DNA of 64,000 nt from an uncultured Fibrobacterota bacterium (GTDB lineage Bacteria; Fibrobacterota; Chitinivibrionia; Chitinivibrionales; FEN-1185): positions 128,001 through 192,000 of the forward strand of contig CAVWBU010000021.1 in the NCBI GenBank assembly GCA_963753345.1, given 5' to 3'. Made by a program: the position numbers and the translations under genes. The notes under the pieces were generated by a model, which had not been told where the DNA came from, did not search any database, and was given only the letters and a program-made list of their open reading frames with translations. Position 1 is the stretch's first letter, and every line of letters starts with the position of its first letter. Below, in pieces: positions 9,398 through 20,050 of the stretch.

Positions 9398-12300
9398 ATG
9401 AACTACAACCTCGATCCTATCCGCGATTTGGTCAAGAGATTCTCTCAAAACAAGGAATCCTACTCCGCCGCCTCCTACAACGAGACCCAGCTCCGCCAGG
9501 AATTCCTCAACCCGTTCTTCGAAGCGCTCGGCTGGGACGTTGCGAACAAGCAGGGCTTTGCCGAAGCGTACAAGGAAGTCATCCACGAAGACGCGGTAAA
9601 GGTCGGAACCGCGACCAAGGCGCCCGACTATTCCTTCCGGGTGGGAGGGACGCGCAAGTTCTTCGTGGAGGCGAAAAAGCCTTTTGTAAATATCAAAGAT
9701 GATATCAGCCCGGCTTTTCAGCTCCGCCGCTACGCATGGTCGGCAAAGCTGCCGCTTTCGGTGCTCACCGATTTCGAAGAGTTCGCGGTGTATGATTGCA
9801 GGCTCAAACCGGTCAAGACCGACAAGGCAAGCATCGGACGAATCCTTTACATAAAGTATGATGAATACGAAAAACGCTGGGAAGAAATAGCGTCTATCTT
9901 CTCGAAAGATGCGGTCCTCAAAGGATCGTTCGACCGGTATGCCGAAACAAACAGGGCGAAAAAAGGGACCACCGAGGTAGACGATTCGTTCCTTTCCGAA
10001 ATAGAGAACTGGCGCGACATGCTCGCGCGCAACATAGCGATCCGCAACGAAAAGCTTTCCACGCGCGAACTCAACTTCGCGGTCCAGCGCACCATCGACC
10101 GCCTTATCTTCCTGCGCATCTGCGAAGACCGCGGCATAGAAGATTATGGCAGGCTCCAATCACACCTGAACGGCGAAAACGTTTACAAGCGGCTTTGCGT
10201 TCTTTTCCGCGAAGCGGACGACCGGTACAACTCTGGCATTTTCCATTTCCGCGAGGAAAAGGGACGAGAGGAAACGCTTGACAGCACGACGCTTTCGCTC
10301 GACATAGACGATAAAGTGCTCAAGGAGATAATCGAGAACCTGTACTACCCCGAAAGCGCATATGAGTTTTCAGTCTTGCCCGCCGACATCCTGGGCCAGG
10401 TATACGAACAATTCCTGGGCAAGGTGATCCGCCTTACCACCGGGCACCAGGCAAAAGTAGAAGATAAGCCGGAGGTGAAAAAGGCAGGCGGCGTTTTTTA
10501 TACGCCGACGTACATTGTGGACTACATTGTAAAGAATACGGTGGGCAAGCTGCTTGAAAATAAAACCCCTTGGGAAGCTGAAAAACTTCGCATTCTTGAT
10601 CCTGCTTGCGGGTCAGGGTCCTTCTTGATAGGTGCTTATCAATATTTGTTGGATTGGCACCGTGATTGGTACACTAAGAACTGGCATGAGAAGTGGTGCT
10701 ATGGCAAGAATCCAAGGCTATATGAAGCACGGGAAAAGGAGTACCGGCTCACAACGCCAGAACGAAAAAGGATATTGCTCAACAGCATCTACGGCGTTGA
10801 CATTGACACACAGGCAGTGGAGGTTACGAAATTATCGCTTTTGCTGAAAGTACTTGAAGGGGAGAATGAGCAGAGCATCGCACAACAGTTAAAATTATTC
10901 CATCAGAGAGCTTTGCCGGATTTGGGGAATAATATTAAGTGCGGGAATTCTTTGATAGGAATGGATTTTTATGACGGTGTTCAGGAAACAATGTCGCTTT
11001 ATGAGGATGCCGAAATTGAAGATCGGATCAAGGTAAATGCGTTTGATTGGGATATGAAACACGGTTTTCAGGATATTATGAGGAGCGGGGGATTTGATGC
11101 GGTGATTGGGAATCCGCCGTATGGGGCTCAAACTTTCCAAGAAAAGCCGAAACTGAAGTTACCATTCTATAGAAACCATTATAAGCTGCCAAAGTTGGGT
11201 CAATTAGGACTTCTTATGTAATTGTTTATTGAAAGCGGTATTGACCTTACTCAGAAGTAAAAAGGGCTATTTGGGCTATCATTATTCCAGCCTCGTAGTT
11301 GTCTAAGGCGAAAGTATACATGCCATCAGCGCGAATTCATCCAAGTGGGAAGCATTAGTCGCAGTATAATGCATTTCGATGACCATTAGATATTTGAAAG
11401 TGCATACTACAGACACGTGATAATTGTTTTTCCTTAACTAAAGACCAAATGCAGATCCATTTTGTTTTCTAAAGAAAAGATGTAGATAAATGGATAACTC
11501 AAAGCATAGCCTAAAGATGTAGATCAAAGCTGACAGCATAATGGATAGGAATGGAGTTTTACCACAGGAAGAAATTCGGTTTTGTTCGAAAAGTTAAAAC
11601 CTTCCTTCGAAGCAAAAGAGATGTCGACAGATAAGATATTCCAAGGCCTTGTTACAATTGGTGATCTTTATACTTATTGGAAGAAATAGAATAATTGGCA
11701 AGATCCATGTGAGAGTAAACTCTTGGCGACAGCCAAACTCATATAAATCGGAAAGACAGGTTGTTCTACCTCTGTTCAAAGGATCCTGATATCCGAGGTA
11801 TTCTGCAACAACTACCAAACGAGAGATTTTTCCACACGATTTAGAAGCCTAAGATCTAACTGGCAAAGTTACAAGAATTGCACAATCGAATTTCGCAAAA
11901 TATTATCCCAATACGTGGAACTATCTAAACGAGAACGATGATTTCTTGCGGAACCGAGAAAAAGGGAAGATGAGACATGAAGGGTGGTATGGTTACATTT
12001 ATCCTAAAGGCATTGCATTGTTTGCAGAGAAGAAGATATTAACTCCTTCTATTGCCGCTACAGCTTCCTTTACGCATTGATAAAGACGGCGAATTGTACT
12101 TTGTGGGTTCGGGCACGCAATGACGGTGGTGGATATGGGCTATTCGCTCTAAAAAGCGGTGTGGAATTCGAGTATGCGTATCTTCTTGGCTTGCTGAATT
12201 CAACACTCCTTGATGTTGTTGCCTCAAGCTGATAAGATCTTGATTTAGAGGCAGCTATTATGCATAACCGTCATACATTGAACGACTGCCAATAACTCGA

Positions 12301-12535
12301 ATGACTTCTCAATATCTCTCACAAATTGTTTCGCTGCAAAATATTGTTTCCCTCGTCTCCTCCATGCTCTCCCTCCACCAAGAACTTTCCCTTGCCAAGA
12401 CCGATCAGGAAAAAATCGTCCTCCAGCGCCAGATCACCTCCACCGACAGCCGCATCGACGCTCTCGTCTACACAACTCTACGGCCTCACCGAAGAGGAAA
12501 TCAAAATCGTCGAAGGCGCCGGCGAAGGGAAATAG
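9398..12535 (+). pseudogene. Type IIG (Eco57I-like) fused restriction endonuclease/N6-adenine methyltransferase; TRD region broken by many indels
   Basis: APDY..VEAKK nuclease motif, ILDPACGSGSF, IGNPPY; open to about 11130, fragmented after; C-terminal IDALVY/LYGLTEEEIKIVE tail ends at 12535. Confidence 0.8.
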
Positions 12536-12574
12536 AACTTCGGTTCTTCCGGGCAACCAATTCCGCTGGCTGCA

Positions 12575-12680
12575 GATTGCTTCGCGGAGTTTATCCCGAG
12601 CTCTGTCGAGGGGCTCGCAGTGACACTTTTCTCTCTTCAATCCGCATTCCGCAATCCCAGCCCTGAGCTTTGTCGAAGGG
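12575..12680. repeat. REP-like mosaic (GATTGCTTCG...CTCGCAGTGAC with two CCYGAGC..GTCGA.GG hairpins)
   Basis: CCCGAGCTCTGTCGAGGG at 12595 and CCCTGAGCTTTGTCGAAGGG at 12661; related motifs at 26292-26326 and inside B copy 6. Confidence 0.55.
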
Positions 12681-12700
12681 ATCAATCCACAATTCTCTCT

Positions 12701-12842
12701 TGGTGCCCCCGCAGCAGAAGTTTCTTTCTTGCAGACCAACTTGCTTGGGGGCTACCCAGAGGGGGCAGCGCAGGACCGGCGCGGAATAACGTGAACTTTG
12801 AAAATATGAGCGACGGGCCGAAGCGAGGGGGAGACTTCCCCC
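12701..12842 (+). repeat. Repeat family A, copy 3
   Basis: GGTGCCCCC...GGGGGCTACCCAGAGGGGG...AGCGAGGGGGAGACTTCCCCC. Confidence 0.85.
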
Positions 12843-12896
12843 TGTAAATGATATTGATTTTGGAGAATGTTAAATGAAAGAGGATTGATTTTAAGG

Positions 12897-12970
<74 letters not shown>

Positions 12971-12982
12971 CCAAAAATAAAA

Positions 12983-13059
12983 TGGAGCGAGAGACGGGAT
13001 TTGAACCCGCGACGGCCACCTTGGCAAGGTGGAGCTCTACCAGTCTGAGCTACTCTCGC
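12983..13059 (-). tRNA. tRNA-Gly (GCC)
   Basis: GCGAGAGTAGCTCAG...CACCTTGCCAAGGTG...GGTTCAAATCC...CTCGCTCCA. Confidence 0.95.
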
Positions 13060-13133
13060 TTGCTTGGACGATAAAGATACTTTATTGAAGAACCCGGCTG
13101 CAAGCTGCGGGCTTGCGTTTTCCCGCTGAGCGG

Positions 13134-13418
13134 CTACGGATTCCTTCCCGTGGGGTTCCAGCTCTGCGCCGTGGTGAAGAGCAGCACGATAAACGCCATG
13201 GTACCTATGGCAAGCGCCACGAATTTCCCGTATTCAACTTTTCTCTTGACGATCTTGATCTTCCCGGCCGATCCCCGGCCGACCGTGTCCGCCGCGTGCC
13301 TGGAGGAGTCTGCGGCCAGGGAGTCGCGGCGCGGGGTAATCGGCGTTCCGAACGATATCTGGCAATAGCCCGGCCAAGCGATTGACGCAAGGATAAGAAA
13401 CGCCGCGAGCCGTCTCAT
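13134..13418 (-). CDS. Small hypothetical membrane protein
   Basis: Signal-like N-terminus, C-terminal TM helix, ATGA overlap with the gatB stop. Confidence 0.55.
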   Translation of the reverse strand: MRRLAAFLILASIAWPGYCQISFGTPITPRRDSLAADSSRHAADTVGRGSAGKIKIVKRKVEYGKFVALAIGTMAFIVLLFTTAQSWNPTGRNP

Positions 13419-14856
13419 GCCGTCCCCTTGCCCAACAGCTCGGCAACCAGCTTGCTGATCTCTTTCGGGTTGCCCTTGCCTCCCGTGGCTCTCATAACCT
13501 GCCCCACAAAGAACCCCGCAAGCTTTGTCTCACCTGCAGTGTACCGCTGCGCCTCCTTCGGGTTCTTTGCCGCAATGTCCTTCACGACCTTCGACAGTTC
13601 GGCAGAATCGGAAATCTGCGACAGTCCCTGTTCTTTGATTATTGTGTCCGGATCTTTGCCATGATCTTCCATGTCATCGAGTACTTTTTTGGCTGCGTTG
13701 GCGGAAACTGCGCCCGTTGACACCAGCGTGAGCAATCTTCCAAAGGCCATCGGCGTAACCCTGGCCTTGAAACCGTCGATTCCAATCTTTTTTTCCTTGA
13801 CGATTCTAAGCACTTCGCCCATCACCCAGTTGGCAACGAGTTTCGCATCTTTACAGAAAGCGAGCGCGTCTTCAAAATAGCGGGCAACCGCGGGTTCCAG
13901 GGTAAGCACCTCCGCCATGTAGGCGGTGACGCCGAAGTCGGCAATAAATCTTGAGCGTTTTTGTGCGGGCAACTCGGGCATGTCTTTCTTGATCGTTTCG
14001 ATCCACGCCGGCTCAACCACGAGCGGCAGGAGGTCGGGCTCCGGGAAATAGCGGTAATCGTGCGCCTCTTCCTTGGTGCGCATGGCAACGGTCCGGTTAC
14101 TGTCCGGGTCCCACCGGAACGTCTGCTGTACGATAGTCTCGCCCGACAGCACGGCCTCGCGCTGCCGAAGGGCCTCGTAGGCGAGGGCCTTTTCCACGCC
14201 GCGGAAGGTGTTCATGTTCTTGAGTTCGATCTTGGTGCCGAGTTTTGTTTCGCCCGCGGGCCGTATCGAGATGTTGGCGTCGCAGCGGAGGCTGCCCTCC
14301 TCCATGTTGCAGTCGCATATGCCGAGATAGCCGAGGATCTGCTTGATGGCCGAAAGATACGCGTAGGCTTCCTGCGCGGTTCGCAAGTCCGGCTCGCTCA
14401 CGATTTCGATGAGCGGCGTGCCGCAGCGGTTGACGTCGAAGAGCGAGTCTTCATCCTGGTCGTGGATGAGTTTCCCGCGTCCTCTTCGAGGTGGATGCGG
14501 TTGATGCGGATGGTCTTCTTCCTTCCGTCAACCTCTATCGCCACCGATCCGCCGGCGCACAGCGGCATGTCGTACTGGGAGATCTGGTAGCCTTTCGGGA
14601 GGTCGGGGTAGAAGTAGTTCTTCCTTGCGAAAATGGAATTGCGCGCAATGGAGCAGCCCACGGCCAGCCCCATAAGAATGGTCATTTCCACGGCGCGGCG
14701 GTTGAGCACCGGCAGCGAACCGGGAAGCCCGAGGCACACCGGGCAGCCGTGCGTGTTGGGCGCGTCGCCGAATTTCGGAGCGCACCCGCAGAAGATCTTC
14801 GTTGTCGTGAGAAGCTCGGCGTGTATTTCGAGGCCGATGACGGTTTCAAATTCCAT
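13415..14856 (-). CDS. gatB: Asp/Glu-tRNA amidotransferase subunit B (1-nt frameshift near 14472)
   Basis: [56 protein letters not shown]; one A missing in AGKLIH. Confidence 0.95.
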
Positions 14857-15975
14857 CTATTTTTCCACCACCGTAAACTTGATTCCTTTTTTCGCAAGCG
14901 TCGAGTCGCCGTATGCCCGGGCCCTGTCCTGCGAATCGAACGATCCCACATGCACCCGGAAAATGGTCTTTCCGCCCGTGTTTCCCTGGGCGATTGCGAC
15001 AAGCGGGAACTGTGCCGCCAGCTTCACCTTGAGACCGTGGGCGTTTTCCATGGTGCCGAAGGCGCCCACCTGAAGGGAATACACCGGTTTTTGCGCGGTC
15101 TGGCCGGGAGACGGTTTCTTTGCGGCGGTATCGGACGCCAGCCACGAAACCGTATCGCGCGACCCGGCGGAGTCCTTCTTCGCGGCCGGGGCCTTTTGCT
15201 TCACCTTGGCGAGCATGGGCCGTTCGAGGTATTCGCTCCATGCGCGCCTGATATGGGTGAGGACCGCCGAGGCCTCCTGCGGCCGTGCCAAGGCAGACGC
15301 GCAGGCATAGGCGCCGGCGTTGGCCGCGCATGCCCACGATGCCGTGTCGGCAACAGCGGCGCCGGCGGTAAAACAGGAAAGCGCCTTGTTGAAATCCTTC
15401 TTTACGTAATGGAACAGACCGAGATAGAAGCTCGCCAGCGGGCCGGAACCGGAGGCCGTATCCTTCGCCGCCTTTTCCAGTTCCGCAATGAGGGCGGTGT
15501 CGGCGGTGTCGCGGACAACGCTCAGGTACCGCGGTTCCGCGTACCTGCCGCCGGCCGACAGGTCGGTCGCGGTGCCGAAGTACCCCGACGCCTTGTGACC
15601 GGGGCCCTGCCGAAGGTACGCGGCGCACCCGAGCAGGAAATAGGCCTCGGCGCGCACCGAGTCGGGCGCCGACTTTTCGCGGGCGATCTTTTTGTAAACC
15701 TGCAGGGCGCTGTCGGCGTTGTCGAGCGTCCGCGCCCGAAGCAGGGTGATTTCAGGCCCTGCGGAACTGTCGGCGCGTGCCTTTTCCAGAACGGCGCGCG
15801 CTCCCGCCATGTCGCCTTTGTTAAGAAAATCGCGGCTGTCGCCCGCCGTGCTCCCCGATGCAATCGATGCAATGACGGCCGCAAGCAGCAGTGATGCTAT
15901 TCGGGGACACACCGGCATGGTACGGAATCTGCGCATCGGAGTGCTTCCGCGCAATAGGGTGTTAAAACGAATCAT
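14857..15975 (-). CDS. TPR- and SPOR-domain protein (start may be downstream)
   Basis: Signal peptide, helical repeats, C-terminal YSLQVGAF...FRVHVGSF SPOR motif. Confidence 0.8.
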   Translation of the reverse strand: MIRFNTLLRGSTPMRRFRTMPVCPRIASLLLAAVIASIASGSTAGDSRDFLNKGDMAGARAVLEKARADSSAGPEITLLRARTLDNADSALQVYKKIAREKSAPDSVRAEAYFLLGCAAYLRQGPGHKASGYFGTATDLSAGGRYAEPRYLSVVRDTADTALIAELEKAAKDTASGSGPLASFYLGLFHYVKKDFNKALSCFTAGAAVADTASWACAANAGAYACASALARPQEASAVLTHIRRAWSEYLERPMLAKVKQKAPAAKKDSAGSRDTVSWLASDTAAKKPSPGQTAQKPVYSLQVGAFGTMENAHGLKVKLAAQFPLVAIAQGNTGGKTIFRVHVGSFDSQDRARAYGDSTLAKKGIKFTVVEK

Positions 15976-16303
15976 CGCCGGTCGGCTCCTGGGGAGCCAG
16001 GAATTTTTCCGGGATTTCCTGCGCGGTCTGGGTCCCGGCTTCCAGATCCCTGATCCGTCTGTCTCTTTTGTGAATCGCGGTACGCAGGGTCACAAAATTA
16101 TACGCGGCAACGCCGAGTCCCACAATAAGGCCGAGGCCGAGGGCCCCCGCCACATAGGCCCACACCGGCAGGGCTTTGGTGTGATAGGTGAATATATGCG
16201 CCGAGACTTGGACCTGGAACTCCGGCTGCGAAAACGTAATGATGATGACGAAGGCCAGCGCGAACGACAGGAGGAACACCAGAAGCCACTTGACAAAAAC
16301 CAT
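15962..16303 (-). CDS. LapA/DUF1049-like membrane protein (GTG at 16309 is an alternative start)
   Basis: Two TM segments followed by a basic coiled coil. Confidence 0.65.
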   Translation of the reverse strand: MVFVKWLLVFLLSFALAFVIIITFSQPEFQVQVSAHIFTYHTKALPVWAYVAGALGLGLIVGLGVAAYNFVTLRTAIHKRDRRIRDLEAGTQTAQEIPEKFLAPQEPTGDDSF

Positions 16304-16305
16304 GA

Positions 16306-17574
16306 TCACGTCCTTTCGCCGATAAGCGTCTTGCCCGTGCTTTTTACGATCCGCAGAGGTAAAATCGTTCCTGCCCGGCAGTCTTTGCAAGCGGCAAGGA
16401 CCTTTTTGCAACCCATGTCCTGTCCCATCCACAGTCCGTCTCTGCCTTCCTGCCTGCCGGTTAATAGCACCGGAAGCTCCCTGCCGATCATGGCGCCGTA
16501 GACCTCTTTTGTCATGGCCGTCTGCAGGCGGATGAGGCGGGCAAGCCTACCCTGCTTGACCGCGGCGGGAACATCGTCGGCCATGGAGGCCGCGGCGGTG
16601 TTGTCGCGCCGGGAGTAGGCGAACATGAACGCGGTTGTAAACCGCACGGTTTCAAACAGCGACAGGGTTCCCTCATACTCAGCGTCGGTTTCGGTGGGGA
16701 AGCCGACCATTGCGTCGGTGGTGATGTCGGCGTCGGGAAGGTGTTTGCGGATTGTGCCGATCCTGGCAAGGTAGTCGTCGCGCGAGTACCCGCGGTTCAT
16801 GAGCGAAAGAATGCGCGTGGAACCCGACTGCACCGGAAGGTGGATGTGCCTGCAGAGCTTCGGGAGTTCGGCCATGGTGCGGATGAGATCTTCGGAGCAG
16901 TCCTTGGGATGGCTTGTGGTGAACCGGATCCTGGCAATGCCGTCTATGGCGTGCAGGCGGCGAAGAAGTTGCGGAAAGCGTGTCACGCCGTCATGATACG
17001 AATTGACGTTCTGGCCCAGGAGCGTCACCTCGCAAACCCCTTTGTCAACCAGCGACAGGACCGTTTTCTCCACCGAGGCCGCGGGCAGGGAAACCTCCGG
17101 TCCGCGCACCTGCGGCACCACGCAGTAGGAGCAGCAATTGTCGCAGCCCCGCATGATCGGAACAAACTTGCTTACCGCGGATTCGGCCGCGCCCGCGGCC
17201 AGCGCGCCGGGAACGTCTGCGAGCGCCGAATCGATATTCTCGATGAACCGCTCGAAATCGCGTGCGCCTATCGCCAGATCAATTGCCGGGAAATCGCGCT
17301 TGAGCGAGCCGCCGAGGCGCTGCGCCATGCAGCCGACAACCCAGAGCCTGCGTTCTCGGCCGCCGCGCGCCTTGTGCGCCGAAAGCTCGGCGATGCGGGC
17401 CAGGGCGCGTTGCTCCGCGCGCTCGCGCACGCTGCACGTGGTGACCACGATGAGGTCGGCGTCGCCCGGGGTTTTAGCTTTTGCAAAGCCGCGGGAAAAA
17501 AGCGCTGACGCGAGCGCGTCGGCGTCGGCGACGTTCATCTGGCAGCCGAAGGTTTCGAAGAATACAAAAGGCAT
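16306..17574 (-). CDS. miaB: tRNA methylthiotransferase MiaB
   Basis: ETFGCQMN, TCSVRE, GCMAQ, radical-SAM CDNCCSYC, TTSHP, HLPVQSGS. Confidence 0.93.
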   Translation of the reverse strand: MPFVFFETFGCQMNVADADALASALFSRGFAKAKTPGDADLIVVTTCSVRERAEQRALARIAELSAHKARGGRERRLWVVGCMAQRLGGSLKRDFPAIDLAIGARDFERFIENIDSALADVPGALAAGAAESAVSKFVPIMRGCDNCCSYCVVPQVRGPEVSLPAASVEKTVLSLVDKGVCEVTLLGQNVNSYHDGVTRFPQLLRRLHAIDGIARIRFTTSHPKDCSEDLIRTMAELPKLCRHIHLPVQSGSTRILSLMNRGYSRDDYLARIGTIRKHLPDADITTDAMVGFPTETDAEYEGTLSLFETVRFTTAFMFAYSRRDNTAAASMADDVPAAVKQGRLARLIRLQTAMTKEVYGAMIGRELPVLLTGRQEGRDGLWMGQDMGCKKVLAACKDCRAGTILPLRIVKSTGKTLIGERT

Positions 17575-17599
17575 TTTCGTGGTTTCAATCTGTAAAGAT

Positions 17600-17776
17600 C
17601 TGGGCGTTACCCCGCCTCGCGCTTCGGCGTGAGGCGGGGTCGGTCTTCTTCCGGGCTCGGCTGTTCGTCTCGTTGCCGGTCCGCCCTATGCCTTGCGGCC
17701 GGGCACCCCGTCGGGTGCTTCCAAGGGTCGTCGGCCGGCAATGCGCTCCACCGCACTTACCGTCGCCCCTAACGCG
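17600..17776 (+). repeat. Repeat family B, copy 3
   Basis: TGGGCGTTACCCC[hairpin]GGGGTCGG...GTCGCCCCTAACGCG. Confidence 0.85.
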
Positions 17777-17965
17777 GCGGCAGACAATTGCTACTGGCAT
17801 TTTTTCGTGGCGCCGACGATACTCTCGATTCAGGAAGAGATCAATGGATTCTTCTTTGGGTATCCTGAGTGTTGAGAATCAGAATTCAGGATTCGGCAAA
17901 TTACAGATGGATATATTTTGGGCGTCTCCAAGATCGATGAGAGATTTCATTACTTTCAACTTGAT

Positions 17966-18463
17966 TTATAGCAGCGCTTTCACAAAATGATATCCGAAAA
18001 GAATCACCAAAAGAGAGATATTCGTAAGTATCCCCGCCGCCACGTCGTCCATCACGATGCCAAGGCCGCCCTCGAGGTATTCCATGTTGTGGACGGGGAA
18101 CGGCTTTACAATATCGAAAAAGCGGAACAGGAAGAACCCGAGGATGATCGTCTTCACCGACAGCGGCACAAAGAGGAACGCCACGAGCTGGCCCGCGCAC
18201 TCGTCGATGATCACCCGCGACGGGTCGTCCTCGCCGAACACCTCCCGCGGCCGCGACGACACGAGCACCGAAAACGCGACGACAACAAGCGACAGCACCC
18301 ACAGGTGGGCGGGCGTTACGGCCGGGCCCTTTACGCACGCGAACCACCACAGCGCGCCGGCCGTGATGGCCGAGCCGATGGTGCCCGAGGCGAGGGGAAT
18401 GTAGCCGAGGAACAGAACCGAGGCCAGGGCTTTCTGGAGCCAGATGACGATTGGGTGTTTCAT
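17966..18463 (-). CDS. pgpA: Phosphatidylglycerophosphatase A
   Basis: SGTIGS, DPSRVIIDECAG, FRFFDIVKP, GIVMDDVAAG. Confidence 0.92.
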   Translation of the reverse strand: MKHPIVIWLQKALASVLFLGYIPLASGTIGSAITAGALWWFACVKGPAVTPAHLWVLSLVVVAFSVLVSSRPREVFGEDDPSRVIIDECAGQLVAFLFVPLSVKTIILGFFLFRFFDIVKPFPVHNMEYLEGGLGIVMDDVAAGILTNISLLVILFGYHFVKALL

Positions 18464-18492
18464 GATTATTTCCTATTTTTGTAATTAAAGAC

Positions 18493-18635
18493 TTGGGCGT
18501 TCCCCTCTCTTCGCTCGGGTCGGTTCTCCTTCCGGTCTCGGCCTTCGGCCTCCGGCCGCCTCGGCCCTAGGCCGCTGTAGCGGCGGGTCCAGGCGGCACC
18601 GCGCTCCAGCGCGGCCTCCAGTCGCCCCTAACGCG
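18493..18635 (+). repeat. Repeat family B, copy 4
   Basis: TTGGGCGTTCCCC...GGGTCGG...CCTCCAGTCGCCCCTAACGCG. Confidence 0.85.
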
Positions 18636-18792
18636 CAGCAGAGGAATTCTATTCAGTCAAGTTATATCTATGCGCCAACCCAAGTTTCTATTGAGATTGT
18701 TTAGATTTTCTTCTTGAACTACTCAGCTCCTCCACTTTTCAACTCTTCAACGATTCAACTTCTCAACTTCTCAACATCTCAACTCTATTTCT

Positions 18793-18942
18793 CGGTGCCC
18801 CCGCAGCCGAAGATTCTTTCTTGCAAATCAACTCTCTAGGGGGCTACCCACGAGGGGGTGTGGGTGCCAATGTCGAGACGTTGGATTTTTGGCATTGGTT
18901 TTGAGTCTCGACATGGCACCCCAGGGGGACCCTTCCCCCACC
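18793..18942 (+). repeat. Repeat family A, copy 4
   Basis: Same GTCGAGAC/GTCTCGAC middle-hairpin subtype as copy 2. Confidence 0.85.
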
Positions 18943-18945
18943 AAA

Positions 18946-19560
18946 TTACTCATTCTTCTTATCACCATATGAAATTTCCACCCTCTCATGAAGCGCCTGA
19001 TTGAGCGTCATCTGATCTATGTATTCCAGCTCGGTTCCCGCGGGCACGCCGCGCGCGAGCAGCGTGATCTTGAGGTGCATGCCGGAAAAAATGCGGGCCA
19101 GGTACAGGCAGGTGGTCTCGGCTTCCGCGCTGGCCCCGAGCCCGAGGATAAGCTCCTTGACGCCGCCCGCGTCGAGCCGCGCCTTCAGCTCCGAAAGGTG
19201 CAGCTTGTCGGCGGTAATGCCGTTGATGGGCGAGAGCACGCCGCCGAGCACATGGTACAGGCCGCGGAAGATCCCGGACTTTTCGAACACGAGCACGTCC
19301 TGCGGTTTTTCCACCACGCAGATCACCGACGAATCGCGCGAGGTTGACGAGCACACGTCGCACAGTTCGGCAGTGCCGTAGTTGAAGCACCGTTTACACA
19401 CGGTGATCTTCGATTTGATGCCGGCGATGCACTGCGACAGGGTGTCGAGCTCGGCCTGGGGCCGCTCCAGAAGATACAGCGCGAGCCGCAGCGCGGTCTT
19501 CCTGCCGATGGTGGGCAGCCGGCAGAGCGCGTCAACGAGGCTGTCGAGCGGTTCGATCAT
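18946..19560 (-). CDS. recR: Recombination mediator RecR
   Basis: LPTIGRKTALRLA, C4 zinc finger, ICVVE, YHVLGG Toprim domain. Confidence 0.93.
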   Translation of the reverse strand: MIEPLDSLVDALCRLPTIGRKTALRLALYLLERPQAELDTLSQCIAGIKSKITVCKRCFNYGTAELCDVCSSTSRDSSVICVVEKPQDVLVFEKSGIFRGLYHVLGGVLSPINGITADKLHLSELKARLDAGGVKELILGLGASAEAETTCLYLARIFSGMHLKITLLARGVPAGTELEYIDQMTLNQALHERVEISYGDKKNE

Positions 19561-19694
19561 GGGTTCATCCCTTGCAGCGCAACACAAGACTCACCACAGA
19601 GTCACAGAGAACACACAGAGAAATGCCAGGAGAGCCAGAAGTTGATTGTCCTACCGTCAACGGACAACCGTCAACTGTCAACAACGATTCTTTA

Positions 19695-20018
19695 TTACGG
19701 CCCTAACCCCAGTGCTCCCAGATCCATCCCCTGGGTGAGGCTGCCGAGCGCGGCGTTCGACTGTTCCTTCACCTTTTCCTGCGCGTTCTTGAACGCGGCG
19801 ACAATGAGGTCTTCGAGCATCTCCACGTCGTCGGGGTCCACCACTTCGGGGTTGATGGCAATCCCCGCGCAGTCGCCGCCGCCGTTCATGGTCACCTTGA
19901 CCATGCCGCCGCCGGCGGTGCCTTCGAAAGTCTGTTTGGCCAGTTCCTCCTGCGCCTTTACCATCTGCGACTGAAGCCGCTGCGTCTGTTTGAGAAGTTT
20001 GTTGAGGCCCTTCGGCAT
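19695..20018 (-). CDS. ybaB: YbaB/EbfC nucleoid-associated protein
   Basis: GTAGGGMVKV, DVEMLEDLIVAA; lies between dnaX and recR. Confidence 0.93.
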   Translation of the reverse strand: MPKGLNKLLKQTQRLQSQMVKAQEELAKQTFEGTAGGGMVKVTMNGGGDCAGIAINPEVVDPDDVEMLEDLIVAAFKNAQEKVKEQSNAALGSLTQGMDLGALGLGP

Positions 20019-20050
20019 GCTTTGCTCCTTTGGTAAGTGGAACGGCGGGG

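Noticed and set aside
14461-14480. Frameshift in gatB, and those in ribD, HADH, the nucleotidyltransferase and the PAS kinase, as programmed recoding or pseudogenes
   Set aside because: Scattered single-base indels, often in short homopolymers and including a normally essential gene, are best explained by long-read consensus errors.
18655-18680. B tail (reverse strand TGGCGCA...TTGAC) as a sigma54 promoter or dif site
   Set aside because: The spacing does not fit GG-N10-GC, and the XerD arm TTATGTTAAAT is absent.
18493-18942. B-A unit as a group II intron remnant
   Set aside because: There is no GTGCG 5' end or recognisable domain V, and all copies are intergenic.
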